From contig OX597828.1 of the NCBI GenBank assembly GCA_951406725.2, positions 38,068,001-38,132,000 on the forward strand: a stretch of 64,000 nucleotides of DNA, in the 5' to 3' direction. This document shows positions 15,342 to 30,876 of this stretch, in pieces (within the stretch, counting starts at the first letter, position 1; every line of letters starts with the position of its first letter). This stretch comes from Octopus vulgaris. Lineage: Eukaryota. The translations under genes and the position numbers were made by a program. The notes below the pieces were generated by a model. The model was not told where the DNA came from, did not search any database, and saw only the letters and a program-made list of their open reading frames with translations.

Positions 15342-15990
15342 CATACATACATACATACATACATACATACATACATACATACATACATACATACATAGAC
15401 AGACGGATAGATAGATAGATACATACATACATACATACATGCATACATACTTAGATAAACAGACAGACAAACAGACAGACAGACAGATAAATGCATACAT
15501 ACTTACATATTTACATACATACATAGAGACAGACAGAAGAGACAGAAGACAGACAGACAAATAGATTGATTGATTGATGGATTGATTGATTGACTGATTG
15601 ATTGATTGAGATAGATAAATACATGCATACATGCATAGAGACAGACAGACAAATAGATTGATTGATTCATTGAATGAGTGATTCAATTGACTGATTGATT
15701 GATTCAGATAGATAGATACATACATGCACACATACATGCATACATACACACATACATACACACACACGTACATATATAAATACATACACACATACATACA
15801 AGCATACATACATACACACATACATACATACACACATACATGCATAAATACATACACACACACATACATATATAAATACATACACACATACATACATGCA
15901 TACATGCAAATATATACATTCATGTACACATACATACTTGAATGTGAGCGTGTATGCATGAAGGTGCTTGAGTGTGTGTGTGTGTGTGTT

Positions 15991-16086
<96 letters not shown>

Positions 16087-17060
16087 AGACTGGGATTCAT
16101 ATTTTAAAACTAGTTCCAGTTGTCGAGCTGGTAGAACAGTAAGCGCATCGAGCAAAAGGCTTCATGGCAGTTTTCTTTTTTTTCCCGGCCCTTTACGTTC
16201 TCAGTTGAAATCCAGCCAAGGTCAACTTTGCACTTCATCCTTTCGAGGCCGATAAAATAAAGTATACACTCAATTACTGGAGTCGGGGTGACCGACTCAC
16301 GCCTTGCTCCTAAAATTGCCGGACTTGTGCCAAAATAGAAAGAAGTATTTTCAGAAAAGAATTATTTTGCAACTAGATTAAGAATAATACAGGAACACAT
16401 ATTGATGAGATGACTCAATACCCATATAGTTTATCTTTTAATTGTTTCAGTAATTAGACTGTGACCAGGCTGGGGCACCGCTTTGAAAAATTTCTAGTCG
16501 AATGAAACTAGCACTTCTTTTTTAACCTAGCACTTATTCGATCGGTTTGTTTTGATGAACCGCTAATTTACTCATTGGGTCGATGTAATCGACTTACCCC
16601 CTTCCTCGAAGTAGCTGCCTACGTACCAGATTTTGAGATCAAGACGGCGTGCGGGTAGACTCGTTACCGCGTTGGCCAAACTGCTTAGAGCATCGTTTTA
16701 TTCTGAGTTCAAATTCCGCCGCGGTCGACTTAGCCTTTTATCCTTTCGTGGTTGATACACTAAGTACCAGTTACGCATTGGAGGGTGATGTAGTCAGCTT
16801 AACCCTCCTCCTGGAATTGCTGGCTTTGTGTCAAAATTTGAAATCATTATTATTATTAGCATGTCGTTGAAATATTTAGCAGGCAACAAACTGGAGTAAA
16901 TATCAACTAAATGGAAAAGAAACAAAATATTCTGAGTAATTTTATTAATATATTTATCGTATTATCAATACCAATCTGTGTTTAGACATAAGCAAAGTTT
17001 AGTTTAGTTAAAACTAGCTGAGGAGCCATGAAACATATATATATATATCATATATATTAT

Positions 17061-17776
17061 ATATTATAAAATTAATTAAGGGTAGAAATTGATATTTATC
17101 AATTAAGACCAGTGGTCTAGCATATTAAAAAAGAATCCGAAGATTAAAATATTTATATATACCAATTAAGGACTGAACACGAAAAGTGGACAGTCAACAT
17201 GCTAGATATAGACGTCAAATCGCCATTCTCCACAAAAGATTATGTTCTCAGATCAAACTCAACACAAAACCATAGCAATAAACAAGTGAAAAATATACGA
17301 AATAAAATAATTACCCATGTACTAACTTAGTTTCAGCTGTTATTTTCCGCAAGGAAAACTGCAGCCATCATCAGCATGGTCCGTTATAAATGTAATTTGC
17401 TGGACTAGATGCAAACACGATACCGAAATATCGCGTGCATGGAGTTCAGCCTATTACATTTGAATATATCTTTCAAATGCCTTTACTTTGGCGCGTTGAA
17501 ACCCGAGAAAACTAGCCTGCAGCTAATAGTTAGCAGCAGTTAATTTATCGGTTAGAGAACATATTTATTTATATAAAATTAATTAAGGGTAGAAATTGAT
17601 ATTTATCAATTAAGACCAGTGGTCTAGCATATTAAAAAAGAATCCGAAGATGTTTATTGCTATGGTTTTGTGTTGAGTTTGATCTGAGAACATAATCTTT
17701 TGTGGAGAATGGCGATTTGACGTCTATATCTAGCATGTTGACTGTCCACTTTTCGTGTTCAGTCCTTAATTGGTAT
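17061..17776. mobile_element. Penelope-like element remnant (direct and inverted terminal-type repeats with hammerhead)
   Basis: ~80-bp direct repeat 17065-17143 / 17572-17650; ~126-bp inverted repeat 17159-17284 / 17651-17776; hammerhead motif between them. Confidence 0.7.
17315..17379 (-). ncRNA. Type I hammerhead ribozyme
   Basis: Minus strand reads CCAUG-CUGAUGA-U-GGCUG(CAGUUUUCCUUGCGGAAAAUAA)CAGCU-GAAA-CUAAGUUAG-UA^CAUGG: intact core, 5-bp stem I, stem II with inner UUUUCC/GGAAAA hairpin, short stem III, GUA cleavage triplet. Confidence 0.8.
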
Positions 17777-18236
17777 TATATATTATATATATTATATTAT
17801 ATATATATATTAAATTTATATCTAATTTTTCACCCTCATTTATGAATGATGAATGAAAGACGGAAGATGGAAGATACTAGAATTTTTATTAATCACGACA
17901 AAAGCTTTGACACATATGTCTTCGATCCCTCATACATATATACATACACACATACATACATGCAAACATATATGCAGACAGACAGACATACGTATATATA
18001 TGTACATACCTACATTTATATATATATATATACTCTTTATCTTTTATTAAACTTTTAATACTTTTGATATATATTTAAAATAATATAAATTAAATTAATT
18101 TTATGTATTGGCTTATGTTTTTCACTGTTTGATTTGCCTAATAGTGGTTTTATCTCTAATATATTTATACTATAAAATTGGATTTAATCCTAAATCTGAT
18201 TTTTCCCTGTAAGTTTAGATTTATTCCCTAATATGT

Positions 18237-18295
<59 letters not shown>

Positions 18296-19570
18296 TACAT
18301 ATATACATATATGTATATGTGTGTATATGTGTGTGTGTCTATGTAAATATATATGTGTATGTATGTGTGTATGTATGTATATACAATCCTTTAGTCAACC
18401 TGGGATGTAGAACCCCTGACACGTTACAGGGCCTCCGAGACTTAAAAGTGAAAGTGAAGAAAATAACCTGAGATCGGAAATCTGGCTTGAATGCTTGCAA
18501 AGATGAAGAGATTCCACGAAAGGCGCCATTGGGTTTGGTGGGCAATTAGGACGTTAAATCGATCAACAGATAGAGTCTACAACACAACAAAGCCATAACG
18601 GGATTTGAACTCAGAATACAAACAACCGGAATAAACACCAATAGGTACCCAATCCGACGTTCTTACATTCCAGCCCTGGAATCGTAGATTTTTTATCAAT
18701 ACTGAAAAGATGGAAGAGAATGTTGGTCTCTGCTGAATTAGAAAGTACAGAAAGGAAAATATGTAGTTTTGTGTCCATGTAAGCGCGTTGCTGAGTGGTT
18801 TAGGGTGTTCGACTCATGATCGTGTGGTCGCGAGATCTATTCCCGGCAGTGAAGTGTGTCCTATTTCAAATTTCTCCCGTCTACTCTTTGGGTGAAAAAT
18901 GAGTAGTATCTGTATTTTCGAAGGATCATCCTTGTTACATTCTGTGTCACGCTGAATTTGTCTAAGAACTACGTTAAGGGTACGCGTGTTTGTGGAATAC
19001 TCAGTCACTTATGAGTTAATTTCACAAGTAGGCTGTTCCATTCCTGGAACTCTCGTCAGTGTGAGTGTATATTTCTGCGTGCGTGTGTCTGTGTGTCAGT
19101 GTATTTGCCTGTATGTGTGTAGTCGTGCGTGTGGTTTGGATGGAGTACGTCTGAAAGAGCATAGTTTAACGGTTGAAGTGATCGGTGCAAGATTGTAGAA
19201 TCATGAGTCAACTGTGTTATTGAGCGAGTTTCATCTCATGTGTGTCGGGTCTTGTCAGCTGAAAATTATTACTAGCCTAGTGCTGGTGCAGCCTTCTTTC
19301 CCGCCATTCATGACATCCATTCTTTTCCCAATGAATCGAGCGAATATTTATGACTAAACACGACGATACAGGCGAATGAAAACTGACGAGAGCCTTGTGC
19401 AAGGTACCATGCCAGGCTATCTTGCCATAAACAATGTCTAAATAAACCCATATGTTTGTGTTTGTGTCTACACATATATACATACATATAAGTACATAAT
19501 GTTTATACATACATACACATATATATGTATGTACACACACACACAAATATATATATATATATATATACAT

Positions 19571-19628
<58 letters not shown>

Positions 19629-19693
19629 GTATGTATTTATGTATGTATATCTGTTTGTGTACACACACAGATAGTCAGACACAAGAAGAGAGT

Positions 19694-19732
<39 letters not shown>

Positions 19733-20858
19733 ACAAACAAACAAGCAAACAAAGAGGGAGATAGATTTCTTTAAAGGGAAGATTGTTGTATTTATCCAAA
19801 AGGGAAAATATTTACGTTTCCTTCAGGAAAACATTTCTTCTGTTCATACAATCGTTTGAAGCAACGGGGCTTTTCGGTGTAGCTGTATCTCACTTTAACG
19901 TTATTTCTATTGAAAAAGTTATACCTATCATGCTTCATAAGGGGAATGCTGATTTGTTATGCTTAAGAAAAACCGGAAACCTTATAACTAACATTTAAAC
20001 TATAATGGGGGTTACACCACATAATATTTCGTTATCAGCATTTTCATTTTTAATGTCACTGTATATCTATGTTATGTACGCTATGCTGAAAGCCAATATC
20101 ATTCAAAGTGTCGTTATAGCAAAGAATAAAGAATTTCCCCTCAAAGGAATAAGAAATTGGAGCGGGGGAGGGTCTTCAGCTGTTTGATTAATAGATACTT
20201 TCACACTTTGAGTTACGATTCACAGCACCGTAGTTTCGAATAATATATAATTGTGGAGGTGAGAGTGTATATAAGTGGCTGTATAGAACGGTCTTCGTGT
20301 TCACAGATTAAAGGATATTCATTTTTCTATAACAAACTAAATATACGTTATACTATGTGAATTCACAAAGCGATGTTTCTGAATTCTACATTTTAATTCC
20401 ATATAAAATATCGAAAAAGTAATACACGTATGTGTACACGTATGCATGTTCCTATATGTGTATTAAGATGAATGTTTCTATGTGTAGGTATGCTTCCAGA
20501 AATATGATACCACGCATATATGAACATATACACATATGTATATACGCATAAATATAAACACATGCGTGTATATATGTGTATTAATATAAGCATGTAATTA
20601 TATATGCATATACATATATATATATATATATATATACCAATACACATACATACACATGAATATATATACATATATGTTTATATATATATGCATAAATATA
20701 TATGTATATATATATGTATACAAGTATATATATATATATATATATATTATATATTATATATACGTGTATATATATGTATATATGTATATATATATACATA
20801 TATACATATATATATACATATATATGTATATATATATATATATATATATACATACATG

Positions 20859-20893
<35 letters not shown>

Positions 20894-21119
20894 GGTTAAG
20901 TAATTGAGATTCTATATATATATATATATATATATACATACATGTATTTATATATATATATACACGTGTACATAAAGATCTACGTATATGTCGTCGATTT
21001 GCCCTGACAATTTTTAAAATATTCTGATTAGATTAATGTGACTGATAAAAGATCTAAGAAAAAATATCAATAGGAAATACACACACACACAAACACAACA
21101 CATACACACACACACGCAC

Positions 21120-21166
<47 letters not shown>

Positions 21167-21515
21167 GAAGTCAGATGTGGAAAATATCCGTTCTTATCTC
21201 AGCGTGAATTTTTCTGTTGCCTTTTAAGCAAGTCACTCACTGTGAATAACACGTCTCACAGGTATTGAAAAGCAAATTGGGAGACATCATATTCCAAGCC
21301 AGTGTTTTGAGTTTTTTCCATCGCCCCTTATATAAGTATATACGTTTATACACAAACGCATTCATGCTTCTACTGATGTACACAAACAGAAGAACACAAA
21401 CACAAATAGACACGTATGTGTGAGTTTGACAGAGAGAAGGATGGCAGCGTAAAGTATGTGTACTAAGTGTGTATTTTCACGCGTAGGTATAGATATGCAT
21501 ATGTTTATGTATAAG

Positions 21516-21558
<43 letters not shown>

Positions 21559-21665
21559 TATATATATATATATTGTTTCATATATATAGTCGCATATATA
21601 CATGTATATATAGCATATATATACATATACACACACACATATATATATATGTATATATTTATATG

Positions 21666-21713
<48 letters not shown>

Positions 21714-23261
21714 TGTATGCATGTATGTATGTATGTATGCATGTATGTATGTATGTATATGTGTGTGTATGAACAAATACGTACAATTTGACTATCAATA
21801 TAGATATAATATATATATATATGCTTACAAGCAGAAACAAGTTATATCACACTCACATGCATGCATACATACTTACATACTTACATACATGCATACATAC
21901 ATACTTTTTTACAAACGTACGTGCGTAAATGTACTCACGAATATTCAAATATTTCCAATTCCCACCTTGGCCGACAGGTGTGAATGCTCTCGATTCACAG
22001 ATGGAATTTACCTTTAGGGGTTTAAGGGACTGATACGAACAATCAGGTACGCAGGAGAATCAAAATAAACTTATACGTGCACACATCAACAGGATTTCAC
22101 ACACACACACAAATACACACACTCGCACACACACACATGCACATACACACACACATGCACATACACACACACATACCTACACACTCACACACATACATAC
22201 ACAAGCTTACAGTTATACAACTCACATACAAGAAAAACGACCAGTCTCATATACACACACTAAACAACACACACACACATATTTTGTCTTTCACACACAC
22301 GCACACACACAGAGTTTACACACATCACACATACACACACACATACACACACAAATTCATAGAAACTGTCAAATTACACACACGTTACGATCACACAGAA
22401 AAACTTACTTTCTCTCGCTCACATACACACCCACATACGCATTCACCCATAGTTAAGTATACTTACACACATACACATATACACTCGCACACATTCACAC
22501 ATACACGTATATTCACACATACATTCACTCACACACATTCATACATATTCACCTATATTCAGACACACGCCTACATATACTCTTGGGCGCAAGTTATTCG
22601 TTAAAAAATAGATAAAGCTTTTATCTTCAATTGGTGGCAATAAATTGTTTGCTTTTCAGTTGCTATGGGAACAGGGTATATCACGTAATACTATGATTTG
22701 TCGACCATTTCCGTTGATTCGATTTTTTATATTCGTCTCCTTATATTTGTTGTTGTTTCGGAAGTTGTTGTCGTTCCTGCTGGTGTTGATGTTGTTGTTT
22801 TTGTTGATACTGTACGAACTGCTGTTCGTGTATGCGTAATGGCCGAGTTCGCTTCCTAATCTGGTAGTCCTAGTTTCGATTCTACAACGTGACCTGTTTA
22901 AAGTTGTTTTTTTTTAAGTCATGGTTTTTTTTCCAGATAAGCTCGCTTTTGTCTCACGTGGTTTTGGATTCAGTCCCACTACAAGACACCTTAGGCAAGT
23001 TTCTTTTGAAATAGCCCCCAAGCCGATCAAAGTCTTGTGAGTGAAATTAGCATATGAAGACTGTGTCAAAGCGTGTTGTATATTTGTACTGTATGTGTGT
23101 GTGTCTGTGTCTGTTTTTATGTGAGTATGTGTGCGTCTGAGTCAGTGTGGCTTTGTGTCTGTTTTTACACACTCCCGTCGCTTAGCAAACGATGTTGGTT
23201 TGTTTACATCCCTGTAACGTAGCGGTTCGGCAAAATGGACCGATAGAATAAGTACGATTAC

Positions 23262-23430
23262 ATTATTTATATTATTTTTATTGGACGGATATTTGGCCTC
23301 ATCTTGTTTGTTGTTAACACAACGTTTTGGCTGATATACCCCCCCAGCCTTCTTCAGGTGTCTTGGGGAAATTTCGAACCTGGGCTCTCATTCCTAAGGT
23401 ATTTTTCGATGTTATTATTATTATCACGAT

Positions 23431-23504
<74 letters not shown>

Positions 23505-23625
23505 TTCAGATCACTGCTTGGAATCGAACTCGGAATCTTGGGGTTAAGAGCGTGGGCTAGCCGAAACGTTGTGTTACCAACAAACAAGATGAGGACAAAT
23601 ATCCGTCAATTGTAAATAATGTAAA
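23262..23625. mobile_element. Second Penelope-like remnant with inverted repeat and minimal hammerhead
   Basis: 23281-23331 is inverted at 23559-23610. Minus 23317-23361 reads ACAC-CUGAAGA-A-GGCUG...CAGCC-AAAA-CGUU-GUGU (GAAA mutated); the inverted copy keeps AGCCGAAACGTTGTGT. Confidence 0.65.
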
Positions 23626-25169
23626 TAATGTAAGGAATTATTCGTCGAATAATGTTCTCTTGGAAATATTATATCCAGAAAAACGGAAAGGGTTAGCCAT
23701 GACTCGAACACCTGCAGTCGTAAGCAAAGCTTTCGTTAATTCGATAACAAGCAACATTAGTTAACAATACAGAAGTCGATAGCAAAAACCAGTTAACAGT
23801 GATTGAGTCTTAAGTTGACCACATCACCGCAAGTAACGTTGTTATGTTCAGTATTCATAGTTAAAATAATCGTTGTAGCTTAGTTTTATGTCAGCCCTCA
23901 TTGAGCAAACCCTATGATGAAAGGTTCCCGAATGTAATCTAGTTGCCCTTTCTTATATTTGGAGCCACATTCTCCAATATGTCTCTTCTTTTATAAAGTA
24001 ATAAATTATATTTGACGATATTTGCCTGTTATTTCTAGCAGTCCAAAGAGGATCGTGTAATAATGTATCTAGGTATGTTGTAATATTACTTTTTGAAGAT
24101 GCCAGAGAGTAATTTGAGGAAAATTTTGGCTTCTATTGCTAGCAGTTTGTGTAGGCACTGAGATATTCCATCATTAACTTAACGTAATGGAGTCGTTACA
24201 GTTTAACTCCAGATCAGCCTACGATCAAAATTATTCGAGCTATTAACTCCTTCTTTCCCTTGTATGTCATAAACACAGGTATATATAGTCTCATGTGTCT
24301 TTTGCTAAGATAATCTCGTAAGCTAAAGGAATATTTTAGCTGTTATATCTAGCAAATCGAACAACCAGACTGAGATCCCATTGTTGGAATGATGTAATGT
24401 CATCGTTCTGGGTATTCTCATTTAATTTTGTCTTTGATGGTGGAGCGGCAAAAATATTCCGAACTCCTCCAGGCCGGAAGAGCCTTGCCCTTTTCATTCT
24501 GTGGGATCCAACAAAACAAGATACCTTACTTTGAATTTGAACCAGTTGATTGAGTATCAGACAACTTGCTAAAGTGGCGGTCATCGTGATTCTGTCACCA
24601 GAGATAAAACGTGTTCATGACCTATAAACAAAATGGGTGAGTCATTTCTCATTTCAAAAAAGTTCAGATAGCAGAAAACAGAAATTGAGGATGATGCAGT
24701 TTACTTCTGTTGCTGCTGCTGCTGCTGTTGTAGCTGTTGTTGTTGTTGTTGTTGTTGTTGTTGTAGCCGTTGTTGTTGTTGTTCTTGTTGTTCTTGTTCT
24801 TGTTGTTGCTGCTGTTTCTGCCGATGATTATAAGAAATCAGCATTAATCGAACATCTCTACGATCAAAGACACATAACGATTTCAGACCTACACTCGAAT
24901 GCTTTTCACATATATTCACACAATCTTACTCAGAAACAACTCGGGACTCTACAACGCAAAGCGTCCGTTTTTATTTTTCTACGGCAACAGTGTAAGATCT
25001 CTAGAAGACTTTGACCACTATTTCCAGCGACCATGTAGAGCAGTAGTTCTCAACCAGGGTCCAGGTGACCCCTGATGATCCATACAAGTTTTTGGTGGGT
25101 CCACTCATACGAAATAATAAATTGAGGATCTACAAAAGTATTTAACATGTCCGTGAAAAAATGTTGCTT

Positions 25170-25577
25170 TAGACAGGCGTGGCTGTGTAGTAACAAGTTT
25201 GCTTCCCAATCACATTCCGGGTTCAGTCTCACTGCATGGCACCTTAGACAAGCGTTTTCTACTATAACTTCAGGCCGACAAAGGCCTTCCGAGTGGATTT
25301 AGTAGAAGGAAACTGAAAGAAGCCCGTCGTATATGTGCGTGTGTGTGTGTATTTATGTGTGTGTCTTTGTGTCTGTGTCTATCCCCCACCACCGCTTGAC
25401 AACCGGTGATTAAGCGGTTCGGCAAAAGATACCGATAGAATAAGTCTCTTGCTTAAAAAGTATAAGTACATACGGTCGATTCATTCGACTAAACTTCTTG
25501 AAGGTGGTGCACCAGCATGGCCGCAGTGAAATGAGTGAAGCAAATAAATGAATAAAAGAATAAAAGAATAAAAGAAT
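25170..25577 (+). mobile_element. tRNA-derived SINE family A
   Basis: Same head, body and tail as 12954-13425; ends in (AATAAAAG)n. Confidence 0.82.
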
Positions 25578-26138
25578 ACCATTTTACATAGTTTAAAAAA
25601 CGATTCCGGTCATTGAAACATGTTCAATGAGTGGTTACCATTGCAGATGTTCACAAGTGAAGATGTGAGAAAAACCAAGACAGGAATACGGTGATCCATT
25701 AGAATAAAACATAATCAGTGAGGTCCATATGTAAAAAAGAAAAAAAAAATCATTGAGAAATGCTCATGCAAAGCTTCCCTCGTTGGCACAGAGAATTCAT
25801 CAGTGAAAACAGCTGCGATGATACAAAGTTCGGATAACTCCTGCTTTGCTGTGATGAGATGGCGAGTGTCTATGGTCAGGATTGATGTTCGTTTGCAGTG
25901 TTATAACAGACCGTGAACTGCTGACATCACGGATGAGATAGAATAGAAATATTTGGGTCGATTTCTCTGTCTGTGAGCTTCCTGTGTATTTGTTTGTTTA
26001 TGTCTGTTAACCTATCTATTCACCAATAATGTTTTCGCTTAATCAATACATAAATAGGTCTATTGACTTATCTGGCTTTATCGGTTCCGTTATGCCTGTG
26101 TATGTGTATGAACACGCACATACGCACGTGGACGGACA

Positions 26139-26176
<38 letters not shown>

Positions 26177-26303
26177 TACACACTCATACACTGACACATA
26201 GAAACACACATATACACTTATATATGGATATGAGTCAGCGCTTCACGTACACATGTGTATATACATATACAGCTCTAAATACACACACATACAAACATAC
26301 ATC

Positions 26304-26362
<59 letters not shown>

Positions 26363-26620
26363 TACATATATATGTATACATATACATACATATATAATAT
26401 ATATATATGGAAAAATGCATACATAAATGTATGTGTGGTAGGTATGTGTGTACGTATAGATGTATGTGTAGGTCGTACGCGTGTGTGAGCGTGAATGGTT
26501 GTGTCTGCTTGTCTGTGTGCGGGTGTGTTTGTCTACCTATATGTATCTATGTCTTTGCTTCCTGTCGATCGTTCTTCCTTGTCCGATATTTATTTGTCAT
26601 GCATGTAAATGTGTGTGTGT

Positions 26621-26690
<70 letters not shown>

Positions 26691-26929
26691 GTTTATTCGT
26701 GTATGTATCTATACATTCTGCTCCCATACTCTTTTACTTGCCTGTACAAATTCCAGTATGAGTATTTCGTTCGCCCTTTCATACGTACACCCCACGAACA
26801 AACACAAATATGTATAAACTATATCCACAGACCCACTCTTGCACACATATTTATACATATATATATATATAAACACATACACACACACACATATAGTATA
26901 AAGCATATATATGTGTATGTATATGTATG

Positions 26930-26977
<48 letters not shown>

Positions 26978-26979
26978 TT

Positions 26980-27010
<31 letters not shown>

Positions 27011-27055
27011 GTATTTATATACATATATATATACATGCATATATATATATATATT

Positions 27056-27178
<123 letters not shown>

Positions 27179-27180
27179 GC

Positions 27181-27234
<54 letters not shown>

Positions 27235-27744
27235 TTGGGCATGTGTAAATGTATACTCGCGTGTGTATTTTGTGTTTGTGCTGTTGTGTCTGTGCGTGAA
27301 CGCAATTTTGTTCCTGACTCTGCTCCAACGTGAACGAGGTTTGTTCGTGTATCTGTTGTTGCACACGTCATATGCTCACATAACCTCTACACATCAACGT
27401 ACGCGTGCGAGCGTGTGGTTCTGTCTGCAATTCTGAAGAGCTTTTAGGTTTAGATTTCATGGAGAAGACAGACAAAACCATATCTATCAAAATGAGACGG
27501 AACTGTAAAAGTGAAGTAAAAAGGTTTGTGTACGCAGTGGAAATAATTCATGTTGAAGTCGATGCTATGCCTAAGATATCCTACACACATTAAATGCAAT
27601 GCTAACTGTGTCGTCTGCTTCTCCAGATGAACTTTCTACTTATCCAGGTCACGTGGTGTTTCCGTGAGGTTACGTAAATCTCACGGTTCACTCTACACAC
27701 AATAATCCTTTATTTGTTGCGTTGTTTGTTGTTTGTTTATTTCG

Positions 27745-28255
27745 TTGGCTGGTTAAATGGTTGGATGGTTGGATGGTTGGATGGTTGGTTGGTTGGCTGG
27801 CTGGCTGGCTAGTTGGTTGGTTGGTTGGCTGGATGGATGGTTTGTTGTTTGGTTAGTTGGTTGGTTGGCAGGCTGGTTGGTTGGTTGGTTGGTTGGTTGG
27901 TTGGTTGGTTGGTTGGCTGGTTGGTTGGTTGGTTGGTTGGTTGGTTGGTTGGTTGGTTGGTTGGTTGGTTGGTTGGTTGGTTGGTTGGTTGGTTGGTTGG
28001 TTGGTTGGTTGGTTGGTTGGTTGGTTGGTTGGTTGGTTGGTTAGTTGGTTAGTTGGTTGATTGGTTGGTTGGTTGGTTGGTTTGTTGGTTGGTTTATTGG
28101 ATGGCTGGTTGGTTGGCTTGGCTGGCTGGTTGGTTGGTTGGTTGGTTGGTTGGTTGGTTGGTTGGTTGGTTGGTTGGTTGGTTGGTTGGTCGGTTGCTTT
28201 GTTGGATGGTTGGTTGGCTGGTTGGTTGGATGGCTGGATGGTCGGTCGGCTGGTT
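27745..28255. repeat. (GGTT)n microsatellite
   Basis: ~500-bp tetranucleotide run. Confidence 0.97.
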
Positions 28256-29902
28256 TAATGGTTATATTACTTCAACTACTACTACTGCTACTGCTGTTCC
28301 CACAGCAAAAAGAAAATTTAGTACTTTATAAATAATGATTTCAAATATTGGCACAAGGCCAGAAATTTCGGGGGAGGGGGTAAATCGATTATATCAACCT
28401 CAGTATTCAGCTGGTACTTATTTTATCGACCTCCGAAAGGTTGAGAAGCAAAGTCAACCTCGGTAGGATTTGAACTCGGAACGTAAAGACGGGCGAAACC
28501 TACTAGCCAAACACGCACACGCATTGACAAACACATATATACAGAACGACACATGAACAGAGAACATCACATACATACGTACACACACACATACATACAC
28601 AGGAGCAAAAACACAGACACACACAGACACGTACAGACCCTTACATAAAATCCCTTACACACAGACACATACAGACCCTTACAAATACCTGCATGTATAC
28701 ACATATATGTTAAATTGAAGGTAATATACGTAATGCAGTGAGCCGAAGATATTGTTAACCTTTTACACTTGCATATGTGACGAGAAGAAAAGCTATCAGT
28801 GTTAATGACAATTCTTATTAATGGCAGGAAAGACAACTCCGGCAATGGTAAAAAATATTTAATGCAGTCATATAGAGGAGAATAGAGTTTGATCTCTAGT
28901 AAGGGGACAACTACGAACAGGTTTCTGTGTTATTAGACCCCTTCAGTTCAATATAGTTTTCCTTGTACACAACAAAGTTGAGAATAACCGAAGGAATATA
29001 AATATGGAGGTTTTGGAGGATACAAATATTTGCTCATTAGGACATTTAGTGTAATGACATGGATAAATTTCTCAGGGTTGCTTTCTGGAGGAAAAACATA
29101 TAGTTAAATGCAGACTAACGTAATAAATATGGTGGACAAAACAAAATGAATAATTAAATTAAACCAACTAAAAGGAATTACAGACACACATACACATACA
29201 CACACATACATACACACATACACACACACACAAGCACATACACACATATACACAAGCAAACACACACATATACACAAGCAGATACACACACACACTCACA
29301 AACACACACATACACACACGCACACATACACATACACAAGCACACTCACACACAAGCACACACACATACACAAGCACATACACACCCTCAACGCACACAC
29401 AAACACACATACATGCACAAGCACACACAAGCATACACACACACAAGCACATACACATACACAATCGCACACACACAAGCACAAACACACATACACAAGC
29501 ACACACACACGTACACACACAAGCACACGCACACACATACACAAGCGCTCACCCCCACACACACACGCACACACGCATACACTAGCACACGCATACACTA
29601 GCACACGCATTAATTTGTTCTCATACATGAGAATGTGCATATATGTGTAGGTTTGTAAACGAAAGACAAGATAAATCAATATATCGTGTGATGTTTTATA
29701 TTTATTGTGAATCAGGTCTGGTGACTGACAAAATAGCATGTTGTTCCGGAGATAGTAACGCATACTCTACGGCAGGCCTGGAACTGGAAGCTCCTAGGAG
29801 CAATGCTGCAAATCATCGACTATTTCCAAATATGTAGCAAGAATCATCATCGTCATCATCATCATCATCATCATCAACAACATCATCATCATTATTAAAA
29901 AA

Positions 29903-29945
<43 letters not shown>

Positions 29946-29976
29946 TTTTATTATTATTATTATCATCATCATCACC

Positions 29977-30010
<34 letters not shown>

Positions 30011-30031
30011 ATATTATTATTATTACTACTA

Positions 30032-30077
<46 letters not shown>

Positions 30078-30630
30078 GTGAGAGAGCAGTGCATGCCATC
30101 AAAGTGACACTGGGGTAAAATATACGAAGCCCAGTATACCCATCATGACTACTCATCTGACAAGGGTACACTAGACACATGCATCAAAACCATGTGTGCG
30201 CGACATGGTGATCTCATATCAAAATAAACAACACATGACCTTGCAAGTGGGGCCCAGGTAGAATTTTCTTCTGGTCGAGTAACCCGTCCTGCTCAAAAGG
30301 TCCCTGAATAAGAGTAGTTAAGGATGTTGAACGAAACACCCATGTTTCCAGAGGTGAATTATTCAAACCCCAAAGAATCCGTCTCAACACATGTTTATGA
30401 TTCTCCCCCACTACTTCTGCTCGTGATCAGAGATGCACACATCGTCAGTCACTAAAGGACATGCCCAACTGGTTACGGTCGGACAACTGACAAGCAAATC
30501 TGTGGTATTGAACAGAATATTTGCTGTAAAACCCATCTTTTATACCAAGACAAAACAATGTACATGACAACACTTCCAATCAGTTAAGATCAGAAGCAAC
30601 GAGAGCTACTGCCTGGTACTGCATCAGAGC
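30078..30630. mobile_element. ~555-bp (ATT)n-flanked element, copy 2
   Basis: Same sequence and ends as 7565-8118; long (ATT)n tracts on both sides. Confidence 0.9.
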
Positions 30631-30659
30631 ATTTATTATTATTATTATTATTATTGTTG

Positions 30660-30756
<97 letters not shown>

Positions 30757-30780
30757 CATTATTATTATTATTATTATTAC

Positions 30781-30876
<96 letters not shown>

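Noticed and set aside
24336-24625. Possible minus-strand exon or 82-aa ORF with plausible splice sites
   Set aside because: No recognisable homology and no linked exons.
28911-28950. Hammerhead-like motif on the minus strand (CTGAAGG...GAAAC)
   Set aside because: Core and stems are degenerate; cannot be supported.
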